Source: Synechococcus sp.
GTDB taxonomy: Bacteria; Cyanobacteriota; Cyanobacteriia; Thermostichales; PCC-7336
Reading direction: 5' to 3'
Assembly (NCBI GenBank): GCA_051439425.1
Contig: JBFRWD010000123.1
Location: forward strand, 1-64,000
DNA length: 64,000 nt
In this document: one piece after another, positions 31,260 to 40,961 of the stretch
Position numbering within the stretch: the stretch's first letter is position 1
How the letters are laid out: every line of letters begins with the position of its first letter
Notes under the pieces: model-generated
Told to the model about the DNA's origin: nothing
The model's input: the letters and a program-made list of their open reading frames with translations, nothing else
Databases searched by the model: none
Position numbers and translations under genes: made by a program

Positions 31260-32441
31260 CTAACCAGAGCGCATGTGTCGCCACAGTTCTAGATACCGTC
31301 GTGACTCCTGCTCGTCCAGCGGTTCCAACAGCTCCCCTTGTTCTAAAACACCGGGTTGAAAAACCCGCCGAGTTTGCAGTCCGTCAGGAAGCTGTTCCAG
31401 CGGCACATCCACCGGTATCGGCTGGCGACTGGAAACCGCAGAGCGACGGGGAATGTCATCACTTAATAGAAACTCAAACCACGCTTGCGCGATTTTTTGC
31501 AATTCGGCTCGATCGGACTCGGGGTTGAGCTGACGGGGCAGCACCCAGACATCCCACCACAAAGCAGTGCCCGATTTAGGAATGACGACCTCGAAGCGGC
31601 GATCGACCCTGGCCAACTGATAGAGGTCGCTACTCCAGCCCACCACCGCCGCCGCATCTCCCAACAATAAAGCAGGTAAATAATCGTTCGAACTGTAGGT
31701 CAACGCTTGGGCGTGCAAGGACTTGAGGCGATCTTCAAGCGTTGCCCCCTCCAACTGCGTATCGACCTCTTCTAGCGAGCTGTTATAAGACTGACCTAAC
31801 GACTTCAGTGTCAAACCCACCACCTCACGTGGACTATCGGGCAGGGCAACTTTCTTAGCTAGCTCCGGCCTCCACAAATCCTCCCAATCTTCGATGGGAG
31901 CAGAGACTTGAGTTCGGTCATAGGCGATCGCCGTTACCCCCCAATTCCATGGCAACCCCCACAGCTTGCCCTGTCGCAAAGCTGCTTGTTGCCAAATGGG
32001 TGCCAGTTTTCCCCGAACGGGAGCGGAAAACTCACTATCTGCCAGAGGAATGAGTAAATTCTGGGCGATCGCCGCATCCAACCACCCCGACCCCAATAGC
32101 GAAAGCGAAAGGACTTGCGGAGGGGGAAAAATCGCACCCAACTGGTCAAACAAACCATCGGAGGATACCTCTGGCGGAGTTAACACTTGAAAAAGCTGAC
32201 TGCGATTATCGACGGGAAAAAACCTGGTGGGCACAGGACTAACGGCCCGAAAATCCTGGCGAATGCTGCCGGGAAAGGTTGACCCCAAAGTAATAATGTC
32301 CAATCGCTTGGCCTCTGCACCGCCACACCCCCCCAGCGCCAGTAGGGCCCCAGATGCCGCCATTCTTTGCAAAAACTGCCGACGAGAGTACAGAGGCACT
32401 GCATCCACTGGGGTATCGATCGGCTTGGAGCCAGCAGTCAT
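31260..32441 (-). CDS. PotD/PotF-type extracellular solute-binding lipoprotein
   Basis: Tat motif SRRQFL, lipobox LGGC, PWNWG..IAY and WEDLWRPEL. Confidence 0.85.
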   Translation of the reverse strand: MTAGSKPIDTPVDAVPLYSRRQFLQRMAASGALLALGGCGGAEAKRLDIITLGSTFPGSIRQDFRAVSPVPTRFFPVDNRSQLFQVLTPPEVSSDGLFDQLGAIFPPPQVLSLSLLGSGWLDAAIAQNLLIPLADSEFSAPVRGKLAPIWQQAALRQGKLWGLPWNWGVTAIAYDRTQVSAPIEDWEDLWRPELAKKVALPDSPREVVGLTLKSLGQSYNSSLEEVDTQLEGATLEDRLKSLHAQALTYSSNDYLPALLLGDAAAVVGWSSDLYQLARVDRRFEVVIPKSGTALWWDVWVLPRQLNPESDRAELQKIAQAWFEFLLSDDIPRRSAVSSRQPIPVDVPLEQLPDGLQTRRVFQPGVLEQGELLEPLDEQESRRYLELWRHMRSG

Positions 32442-32956
32442 CAGCAGAAACCCTCCTGTTGTAAATAACGCTCGATCAAGATTTGGGCCACGATGTCATC
32501 AATCGGACGCGGCGGCTCGCGCATGCCCAGTGGAATAAAGCGCTGCAGCCCCCGAGCTGGGTAAATCGACCAGTAACGCTGACGGGCTTCCTGAGAACTA
32601 AAGCGTTCGTCAACCAGATGAATATTCAGTTTGGGAAACGTTTGTAACAACCGCTGCTGCCAGCGACGAGCGGTGGTTTGATTACCCATGATGAAGTCGA
32701 GAGGGACATCAGAGTCGAGATGAAAGGTATCGAACTGTGCCTGGAGGCGAGTCTCCACATCATCCGAGCGAACAATCTCGCGATGGCATAGTTCCATAGC
32801 ATTGAGCGCTCCAGTTTCTCCCTCTCTGGCTCGCAAGGGTTCGGCAACCTTCGCTACAGCCAAACCGCACTTGTCCCGTCCAGGGTCAAAGCCCATCAGA
32901 TACTGACGATGTGTGGAGTCTGTTACAGGGTTGGGAAGATCTGGAAACTCAGCCAT
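32441..32956 (-). CDS. yqgF: YqgF/RuvX-family pre-16S rRNA nuclease
   Basis: GFDPGRDKCG, MGNQTT, VDERFSS and DDIVA motifs. Confidence 0.88.
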   Translation of the reverse strand: MAEFPDLPNPVTDSTHRQYLMGFDPGRDKCGLAVAKVAEPLRAREGETGALNAMELCHREIVRSDDVETRLQAQFDTFHLDSDVPLDFIMGNQTTARRWQQRLLQTFPKLNIHLVDERFSSQEARQRYWSIYPARGLQRFIPLGMREPPRPIDDIVAQILIERYLQQEGFC

Positions 32957-32958
32957 AA

Positions 32959-35043
32959 TTACTCCTCCCAGCGATCGGCAAGTAAAAGACCGCTGCTGTA
33001 GGAATCTGTCAGATTCACCGCCCTCAATTCAGGAAGTTGCGAAGAAAGAGTCGCTTCAGGCCAGGAGGGAAAATGCTGCCAAGCAGTGGTGTTGGTCTTG
33101 ACCAATACGGGCTCCTCTTCTCCCGAGCCTTGGACATCTTCCTCAGAATTCATACCCGTACTGTCAGCATTAGGCTCGCCAGACTCACTGGGCTCGGAGT
33201 CATCACTAGTATCTGGAGCTAACGCCACCCCATTCGAGAGTAAGTCCACCTCCAACGGACCGGACGTGTAAATGTCTCGCTGGGCCACCACCTGCACGCT
33301 GACGGGCTCGTCAATCTGACGTAAAGATTGGACTAATTCGAACAGCCTGGACTGGGAAAACTCCCCCACAGTGCCGGTGCTGGTATCGAACAAAATGCCT
33401 TCATTACGGGACTTCTGGCCCGCTTCCAAAAATAAGCGAACCAGAGTTTCTTCGATATCTTCATCGCTTCTACCGGGGGAAATGGATGTTTCAGACAGAA
33501 CTGTCCCCTCCGGAAACAATAGGCGATTGGGAATTACGCCCGTAATCACTGGGACAGGCTCCCCCACTAAACGATTTGTGAGAGAAAAGACCTGCACCAC
33601 CCAACTCCCCGGCAACGAGACCTCTTGGATGACACGGGTAACTTCCGGCACGCGGATTTGGATCGCTCTCCCGCCATTACTGGTGGGGGTGGCGCCTAGG
33701 GTACGGGCCCGTCGCTCGGCGATCGCAAACAAGCTATTAAGTGCTTGTTGAATATCTCCAGGCGTCATTCCGCCTTCGATCACGCCAGTCGCCAGGGGTT
33801 CTCCGGCCAAAACAGCAAACTCACCCCGCCGTAACCGCTCTGCAACTGCAATTAAGTTGGAAATATCGGCTTCTAGTTCCACCTTCTGAGCTTGCAGAGT
33901 GGTCAGTTCTTCTTCCGTACTCTGCAGCGACACCTGCAGTTGGTTGACTCGTTCGCGGGCATCAGCCGCAGCTGCCTCTGCCTGAGCAGTCTCCTGCTGC
34001 GCAATACCTAAAGAGGTTTGTGCTTCGTCGAGTTGACTCCGCGTTGTTTCTAGCGATTGGTTAGCGGTGGCTAATTCCTCTTCCACCGCCTCTTTGACAG
34101 CCCGCAGCTCCGTTTGCTCGACGGTCAGTTGCTGTACGCGATTTTCCGCTTCCAAGCGCTCGGTTTCTAAGGTTGCTAGTTGCGTTTGCACGGACGTGAT
34201 GTCCCCTTCCAACGACTGAATCTCCGTCTGCAGCTCGGTGACTCGCTTGGTGTAGTTGAACAGAGCATCTGCAATCGATTGGTTGGTCAGTAGCAGTACC
34301 CCCACGGAGGAAGCGGAAATAAAGATCCCGGTGAGAATCGTCACCAGAATTGCTGTATGGCGAGGGCGAAGATTAAACCAGGTGAGGCGCTTCTTACCAA
34401 TGCGGTAACCGAGGCGATCGCCGACAGTAGCAATCACTCCGCTCAGCACCAAAATGTAGAACACAAAGAGAAAACCTTGCATCCGTTGCCAGCGACTGGG
34501 CTGCGGCACAGGGGTAATTTCTGCTGTGTCCCGCGCGCCCGATTCACTATCCAGAGACTCCGGGGAAGGGGTTTGTGTCGAACGCGAATCTTCAGAAACG
34601 CTCGAATCTTCAGGAGCAGACTCTGAAGAAATGGGAGCGATCTGAGCTAGCCCGTAGCTGGAAGGCAACGACAAATCAACGGCAGACAAATGGTATGTAT
34701 GCGGCAGGGTTGCAGAGACACCACCAGCATCGAGAGAGGCCACTGCAAGACTGGAGGCTATTGCAGGACGCTCGCTAATCGGGAGGTCTAGGCCACTTGG
34801 GGCAACGATCGCAGAACCCGCGCCACCCATAGCGAACGAGACCACCGTACCCAGCAAGACACCAAGGACAGCGGTCCTTTTAAGCAAACGAGGCGAACGA
34901 TTTTGCCCTGGCCGTCCAATCGTGTTGTGGGTTGAAAATGCTTGGGCCCCAACACGGATAAGGCGATCGCCCGCAATAGCGATCGCCCCAGCGATCGCGA
35001 GGACGATGAAAACAATTTGAAACGCCTGCATGAGGCCTGCCAC
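32959..35043 (-). CDS. DUF3084-family membrane/coiled-coil protein with a long N-terminal extension
   Basis: IATVGDRLGYRIGKKRLTWFNLRPRHTA motif and a long coiled coil; directly upstream of yqgF. Confidence 0.85.
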   Translation of the reverse strand: MAGLMQAFQIVFIVLAIAGAIAIAGDRLIRVGAQAFSTHNTIGRPGQNRSPRLLKRTAVLGVLLGTVVSFAMGGAGSAIVAPSGLDLPISERPAIASSLAVASLDAGGVSATLPHTYHLSAVDLSLPSSYGLAQIAPISSESAPEDSSVSEDSRSTQTPSPESLDSESGARDTAEITPVPQPSRWQRMQGFLFVFYILVLSGVIATVGDRLGYRIGKKRLTWFNLRPRHTAILVTILTGIFISASSVGVLLLTNQSIADALFNYTKRVTELQTEIQSLEGDITSVQTQLATLETERLEAENRVQQLTVEQTELRAVKEAVEEELATANQSLETTRSQLDEAQTSLGIAQQETAQAEAAAADARERVNQLQVSLQSTEEELTTLQAQKVELEADISNLIAVAERLRRGEFAVLAGEPLATGVIEGGMTPGDIQQALNSLFAIAERRARTLGATPTSNGGRAIQIRVPEVTRVIQEVSLPGSWVVQVFSLTNRLVGEPVPVITGVIPNRLLFPEGTVLSETSISPGRSDEDIEETLVRLFLEAGQKSRNEGILFDTSTGTVGEFSQSRLFELVQSLRQIDEPVSVQVVAQRDIYTSGPLEVDLLSNGVALAPDTSDDSEPSESGEPNADSTGMNSEEDVQGSGEEEPVLVKTNTTAWQHFPSWPEATLSSQLPELRAVNLTDSYSSGLLLADRWEE

Positions 35044-35205
35044 AAGTTACGCAGATCCTATCACCCACATCCAAGACGGGCTGTAGGTGTGGGTGGGGCT
35101 AGTCAGCCCCCTGAATTCAGCGATCTCCCAGCGATCGCAAATGCCAAAACATCGTCGTCCTCAACCCGCAAACCAAAGACGACAGACAGACATCAGCCCT
35201 TAAGG

Positions 35206-35625
35206 TCAGTCCTTAATTTCTACAGAGATGATGCGATCGCCTTTGCGAATAGCGTTAACAATATCCATGTCTTCCGTCTTGCCAAAGACAGTGTGAACGC
35301 CATCTAAATGACGCTGGGGGGAATGGCAAATGAAGAATTGGCTACCGCCAGTGTTGGGACCCGCATGGGCCATCGACAAAGACCCGGCTAGGTGTTTGTT
35401 GTCATTGATTTCGCAATCAATGGTGTAACCGGGGCCACCGGTACCGGTCCCGTTGGGGCATCCTCCCTGAATCATGAAGTTGTTGATAACGCGATGGAAG
35501 TTGAGACCGTCGTAAAAGCCTTTTTTCGCCAAATCGACAAAATTTTGAACCGTATTGGGCGCATCATCGCTAAACAGCTCCAGATTGATGGTGCCTTTCT
35601 CGGTGTTCATTACAGCGCTGGGCAT
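35206..35625 (-). CDS. Cyclophilin-type peptidyl-prolyl cis-trans isomerase
   Basis: [25 protein letters not shown] and HTVFG motifs. Confidence 0.96.
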   Translation of the reverse strand: MPSAVMNTEKGTINLELFSDDAPNTVQNFVDLAKKGFYDGLNFHRVINNFMIQGGCPNGTGTGGPGYTIDCEINDNKHLAGSLSMAHAGPNTGGSQFFICHSPQRHLDGVHTVFGKTEDMDIVNAIRKGDRIISVEIKD

Positions 35626-35902
35626 GGGTTCACTCCTGACAGTTGCGTGCGATCGCTGTTCAACTAGCGATTAGCTTATCCAGTCTCTCGAATTCTCGGA
35701 CAATTAGCGACATTGATTTTCGAATCTTGACTCAGCCAACGGAGTTTTCCGTGCAAAGGACATTGACCGATCGCAGAATTTTGATAGCGCCTTCCACCTA
35801 CAGCCATTCAACCTGGCAGCATCTGTCAGCATATTATTCCTAGCTGGGCCATCTCTCTTGTTGCCTAGACGGACATCTATGCCGATGTTAAACTTTCTAA
35901 TG

Positions 35903-35927
35903 AATCTACAGTAACCCCATCGGAATA
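35903..35927 (+). promoter_or_regulatory. Putative Rrf2/CymR-like operator overlapping a -10-like hexamer (TACAGT)
   Basis: AATCTACAGTAACCCCATCGGAATA; 12 of 25 positions are identical to the reverse complement of the 13147 palindrome. Confidence 0.45.
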
Positions 35928-36357
35928 CCGGTCTTTACGACAGAACCCTCATCCCAAGAGGATTTGTTCGTCCAGAAAGAGTGGGTTAAACGGTCGCTGT
36001 AAGTTTAAATTGCAGGCGAGGTCTCACACGAGTAAAGGATGTTCGTATCCAATTCTTAGGTGAATGCTCGCTTCCGGTTTAGACAGTTTGATTGCAAAAC
36101 CCAACGTTTTGCAGCTATGGATACCACGTGAACCTAAAATACATGGGGCAAAAACTCCCCTCGTAGCACTCTCGCTGTTACATTGAGAAGCCCCGGGGCA
36201 TCTTTAGCTTCGTGCCTCAAAGCGTCTCCAGCCCCTTGCTACTATCACTGGCAGCTTTATTTACAAGGGCTAATTGCCCCCTGGATAGGTTGCTGAACCC
36301 ACAAACCCGCATCTCGCTCACATTCGCGCGAATTAGCACTAGAGGAACAGCAGGACA

Positions 36358-38706
36358 ATGGTTGCTCAAAAACCGGTCGCTCAAAACTCATCCCAGTCTT
36401 GGAAGAGCCTACTGGGCGACAAGATCTCGGATCGACTGGCTGAGGAAATCGATACATTTGAAAGCCAGATGGAACTGCGTAAGCAGGGCAAACTGGACGA
36501 GAAAGTGTTCGCCGAGCTACGTCTGCGTCGTGGTGCTTACGGTCAGCGTTACGACAATGGATTTAGAGACGATGGGGAGCAATCGCGCGAACTGGAATTC
36601 CCCAACAAAGAAATTACCAAAGGCCCCGGCACCCTATACGAAGCACCGGGCATGCAACGCATTAAGCTGCCCTACGGTGGCATGACCGCCGAGCAAATGG
36701 AAGTGATGGCGGACATTGCCGAAGAATACTCCGACACCATCATTCACATCACCACCCGTCAGGACGTGCAGTTGCACTTCCTCAACTTGGATGACACCCC
36801 TGACATGCATCGTCGTCTGGCAGCTGTGGGCATTACCACCCGCGAGGCTTGTGGGAACTCTGTCCGCAACGTCACCGCTTGCCCCCTGTCCGGTGTCTGC
36901 CACGATGAGTCGTTTGACGTCACCGGCTACGCCGATCAATTAGCTCAGTACTTCTTGGGTCACCCTGACGTACAGGACTTTGGCCGCAAGCTGAAAGTGG
37001 CGTTTTCGGGATGTGCTGACCACCCCTGCGGTCTCACCTCCATGCATGACCTGGGCCTGATCGCAAAGACCCAAGTCGTTGATGGCAAAGAAGTTCAAGG
37101 CTTCGAAATGTACGTGGGCGGCGGCCTGGGTGCCGTCCCCCACTTAGCCAAGCTATTCTCAGAGTTTGTCGCACCTGAAGAGCTGCTGCCTCTGTCTCAG
37201 GCAATCTTCCGCGTATTTGCTCGCTTGGGAGAAAAAGCGAATCGCAACAAGGCCCGCATCAAATTCTTGGTCGGCAAGTTAGGCATCGACGAGTTCCGTC
37301 GCTTGGTGATGGAAGAACGCGCTATTTTGCCCGACGATCCCGACTGGAGAAGCTGGCTAGCTGACATCAATAAGTACGAGGAAGCTGGTTCCCCTGCGGC
37401 CGTCTCTCCTGGCGAGACTCCGGTTGATGCAGACATGTTTGCCAAATGGAAGTCCACGAATATTTATCAGCAACGTCAAGCGGGCTATGTCGCAGTCACG
37501 ATTCCGCTGCCGTTGGGTGACATGACCGCTACTCAGATGCGCCGTCTAGCGGATGTCGTTCGTCGTTTCGGTAACGAAGCGCTCCGTACTACGGTCGAAC
37601 AAAACCTGCTAATGCGTTGGATTCACGAAGCAGACTTACCCGCACTCTACAACGCCCTGCATGCTATTGATTTGGCAACCCCCGGCGCCGAATCGATCGT
37701 GGATATCGTGGCTTGCCCCGGTACTGACACCTGCAAGTTGGGTATCTCCAGTTCTCGTGGTTTAGGTGGCGAATTGATGCGTCGCCTCACGGTTAAGGGG
37801 TGGCAATATGACGAAGCCGTGAAAAATATCCGCATCAAGGTCAGCGGCTGCTTCAACTCCTGCTCTCAGCACACTGTTGCTGAGATTGGGTTCTACGGTG
37901 CCAATCGCCTCGTCGATCGCCATCGCGTGCCCCACTTCCAGCTCATCTTGGGTGGTACCTGGGATAAGAACGCTGCAGAATACGGTCAATCTGTGGCCGT
38001 TGTACCTTCCAAGCGCGTCCCCGATGTGGTGGAGTTCCTGGTGGATATGTACATGCAGGAGCGAGAAGGGAAAGAGAAGTTTAATGAGTTCGTCAATCGT
38101 ATTGGTAAGAAAGCCATTCGCGATCGCGTTCAACCCTTCTTAGCCGTCCCCAGCTACGCCGAAGACAAGTCCTTTTACACTGACTGGGCAGACAACCGGG
38201 AGTACACTCTCGGCGACATCGGTATTGGCGAATGTGCCGGTGAAGTAGTTACCCTAACGGACTTTGGAGTTGCCGCTGCAGAGAGCATCCACTTCGATGC
38301 CACAATTTTGCTGGAGGAAACTCCTGCCAACGGTAACGTCAAACAGGCAGCCGATAAAGCATTTGAATCCATGTTGAGTGCGGCTCAAGCACTGCTAAAG
38401 ATTCAGAATATCGATATTGCTGACGACGCCGACAGCATTGTGGCCGAGTTCCGCAAGTATTTCTACGACACGGAATTGTTCTTCGATCCCTTCGCCAAGG
38501 GCAAATTCGCCAGCTACCTGTTTAAGGCTTACGATGGCCGCAACGAAGCAGCGACGATCGATCGCGCCAAACAGCTAATTGAAGAAGCACGCCTGTTTAT
38601 CGAAGCAGCTCACGCTTGCAACGCCCGCATGGTAGAAGACGGGATTACCACCCCGGCTGGTTTCCAGCGCTGGCTCAACGAGAAACAATTGCAAGCTAGC
38701 AGTTAG
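36358..38706 (+). CDS. Siroheme/[4Fe-4S] sulfite (or nitrite) reductase with a C-terminal HEPN-like domain
   Basis: LRRGAYGQR, HITTRQDVQLH, REACGNSVRN, ACPGTDTC and SGCFNSC; GECAG followed by a helical AFESMLSAAQALL domain. Confidence 0.88.
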   Translation: MVAQKPVAQNSSQSWKSLLGDKISDRLAEEIDTFESQMELRKQGKLDEKVFAELRLRRGAYGQRYDNGFRDDGEQSRELEFPNKEITKGPGTLYEAPGMQRIKLPYGGMTAEQMEVMADIAEEYSDTIIHITTRQDVQLHFLNLDDTPDMHRRLAAVGITTREACGNSVRNVTACPLSGVCHDESFDVTGYADQLAQYFLGHPDVQDFGRKLKVAFSGCADHPCGLTSMHDLGLIAKTQVVDGKEVQGFEMYVGGGLGAVPHLAKLFSEFVAPEELLPLSQAIFRVFARLGEKANRNKARIKFLVGKLGIDEFRRLVMEERAILPDDPDWRSWLADINKYEEAGSPAAVSPGETPVDADMFAKWKSTNIYQQRQAGYVAVTIPLPLGDMTATQMRRLADVVRRFGNEALRTTVEQNLLMRWIHEADLPALYNALHAIDLATPGAESIVDIVACPGTDTCKLGISSSRGLGGELMRRLTVKGWQYDEAVKNIRIKVSGCFNSCSQHTVAEIGFYGANRLVDRHRVPHFQLILGGTWDKNAAEYGQSVAVVPSKRVPDVVEFLVDMYMQEREGKEKFNEFVNRIGKKAIRDRVQPFLAVPSYAEDKSFYTDWADNREYTLGDIGIGECAGEVVTLTDFGVAAAESIHFDATILLEETPANGNVKQAADKAFESMLSAAQALLKIQNIDIADDADSIVAEFRKYFYDTELFFDPFAKGKFASYLFKAYDGRNEAATIDRAKQLIEEARLFIEAAHACNARMVEDGITTPAGFQRWLNEKQLQASS

Positions 38707-38750
38707 GTAACTCTCACTTTTTTTGCCGGGTCAGCCGACTCGGCACTTCA

Positions 38751-38795
38751 TTTCAAGACTCGATAGTTCAAGACCCAAAATTTCAAGACTCGACT
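38751..38795 (+). repeat. Three imperfect 15-bp tandem repeats (core TTCAAGAC)
   Basis: TTTCAAGACTCGATA | GTTCAAGACCCAAAA | TTTCAAGACTCGACT. Confidence 0.75.
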
Positions 38796-38806
38796 GGAGT
38801 AAAACG

Positions 38807-39391
38807 GTGGATCTCGATCGCTTCTGCGTCAAATTGTTTGCAAATTCTGGCGTCGATATTGACGAAGCCCATTACATCAACATCTTTCACGAGTGGATTC
38901 GTAAGAATCAGCTAGAAGGATTGCTGCTGGATGTGGTGGACTATCGCCACATTCCCAACGGACCTGGCATTATGTTGATTTCCCACGAAACCAACTATGC
39001 ATTGGATCACGAGGGTGGCGAGTTTGGTGTCTACGCTCAGCGCAAGCTAGGTTTACCGGGCGAGAATGCCGACAAGAGCCACTCGGACAAGATTGTGGAC
39101 TTGGTGAAGGCTACGGCTAAGTTCAGTTCTCTGCTGGAGTCCGACAACCGTCTGGATGGCGAACTGAGCATTGATGGCAGTGGGTTCCTCTACATGACCA
39201 ACGATCGCCTACATGCCCCCAACACGGACGAGACGTTTGCAGCTCTCAAGTCTGACTTAGAGGCGGCGGCGGCGTCACTGTATCCCGGCAAAGCTGTAAC
39301 AGTGACTCGGGTAGAGAATGACGCTCGCGATCGCCTGTCTGCAAAGGTATCGGTATCCGAGCCAGTGGCAGCTGCGGCGTTGGCGGCATAA
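38807..39391 (+). CDS. Hypothetical protein downstream of the sulfite reductase (194 aa)
   Basis: GGAG ribosome-binding site and GTG start; FHEWIR..LLDVVDYRHIPNGPGIMLISHE and NDRLHAPN motifs. Confidence 0.8.
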   Translation: MDLDRFCVKLFANSGVDIDEAHYINIFHEWIRKNQLEGLLLDVVDYRHIPNGPGIMLISHETNYALDHEGGEFGVYAQRKLGLPGENADKSHSDKIVDLVKATAKFSSLLESDNRLDGELSIDGSGFLYMTNDRLHAPNTDETFAALKSDLEAAAASLYPGKAVTVTRVENDARDRLSAKVSVSEPVAAAALAA

Positions 39392-39492
39392 CCTTTCACG
39401 ATTTGGCTTTTCACCATCCAATGACAACTGGGAGACAGTTCCTGACTGCGATGGTGGAAAGCTATGGTAGTGTATGAATCGCACCACACCAC

Positions 39493-39574
39493 GCGGACGT
39501 GGCGGAATTGGTAGACGCGCTAGATTTAGGCTCTAGTGGAGCAATCTGTGAGAGTTCGAGTCTCTCCGTCCGCA
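39493..39574 (+). tRNA. trnL: tRNA-Leu (anticodon TAG)
   Basis: Acceptor stem GCGGACG/CGTCCGC, D-loop GGAATTGGTAGAC, anticodon arm CTAGA-TTTAGGC-TCTAG, long variable arm and T-loop GTTCGAGTC; CCA not encoded. Confidence 0.97.
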
Positions 39575-40069
39575 TCTGGAAATTCCTGAAGATAGCAGTA
39601 CGATCCATCTGGCAAGTTTGCTGGGTGGATTTTGTGCTGAATGGATACAGAACAGGGAGCTGTTGATCGCCGGGTCTTCCTGTTAGAGCTGAACGAACGG
39701 TATCACGAGGCGATGAAAAAGCACGAAGAGTCATCATCATGTCTGGAATGCTTGCAGGCCCGGACGTATTGTCGAGAGATTCGATCGCATTGGCTTTGAC
39801 GATTCCGCTCTGCCCATCCGCCAATATGATTGGGCAATCGTTCGCGAGTCCACCGAGATCTTCGTGCGGGACGTTTGGGAGAGGGGGGGGGGGTGGACAA
39901 CTGAACGCTACCGGAACGAACAACTACGACATTGAGTCAGCCCAGTGCGAAAACAAAAAAGCTAGAGTGTGAATACTCCGGAGATAGCCGATACCATCAG
40001 TCGATTGACGTGATATCGACTTGGGCGATCGCTTGCATTGCACTCATCTGCAAGTAATGGAGCTAACTC

Positions 40070-40605
40070 GTGGAAAGTCGCCTCAACATCGAATCAGATT
40101 CACTCTCTCGACGAACATTTCTCAACTTCCTAACCGGTACAGCACTTGCCACAACCGCTGGAGCAATTCTCTACCCTATTGCCAAGACCCTATCTCCTCC
40201 GGCAGAACAAACAGGTAGAGGTGGAGCCGTTACAGCAAAAGATAAATTAGGACACGAGATCCCGGCCTCGCAGATATTGAGCGAAGCCCCCGGTAGCCGC
40301 GCTCTAGTTGCAGGACTAGCCGCCGAGCCAACATATTTAGCAGTGCTGGATGACGGAACACTGGACAAACGTGGACTGGTGGACAATTGCCCCACCTAGG
40401 CTGTACCTTTCACTGGAATCCGCAGGCCCAACAATTTCAATGCCCCTGTCACGGCTCGCGCTACGCGCCAGACGGAAGAGTCGTTCGTGGGCCCGCTGGC
40501 TTGCTTCTAAAACTCGTTCGTGTATCGGTTGAGGGCGATCGCATCTGGATTGCTCCATGGACAACCATCGACCCCCGCACCGGACAACGCCCGTGGTGGG
40601 TTTAG
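40070..40605 (+). pseudogene. petC: Cytochrome b6f Rieske iron-sulfur protein paralog with a 1-nt frameshift
   Basis: Tat motif SRRTFL. The frame breaks at DNC|HLGC near 40390; the second frame carries CPCHGS and RTGQRPWWV. Confidence 0.85.
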
Positions 40606-40961
40606 AAGCAAATCGCTTTCGAACATTCAAGATTCTGTTAGCCATAACGGCTCTTACCAAAGTTGATGTGCGATCGTGGTCGAAGAGCAGATTACATGTA
40701 AAGACTGCAGGGTCACCCTCCACACAACAATGTCCGTTTCTGACAATTGCAGCCACTGCTGTTTTCAGAAAGTACGATTGCGAAAATGCGTCTCACCTAT
40801 GCCTGTATTGCGGCTTAAATACTTCAACAAGATCGGTACTATCTAGGCAACGGCTGAATTCGCTTGCCAGCCCTTGAAATTCTTGACTGACTTAGAAGTT
40901 TGGGTTTCGTCACGGTATCGAGCAAAGGAGCGAGCAGCATTGACATGTGTGAGGAGACACC

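Noticed and set aside
36212..36685. 157-aa alternate-frame ORF overlapping the reductase start, and other long antisense ORFs (e.g. 13546-14142, 46270-46938, 5435-5974)
   Set aside because: These are shadow ORFs of well-supported genes with no recognisable motifs.
39575..40069. Genomic island integrated at tRNA-Leu; G11 tract at 39883-39893; short ORFs
   Set aside because: No integrase and no duplicated tRNA 3' end were seen. The ORFs have no recognisable features, and the G-run cannot be tied to a credible gene.
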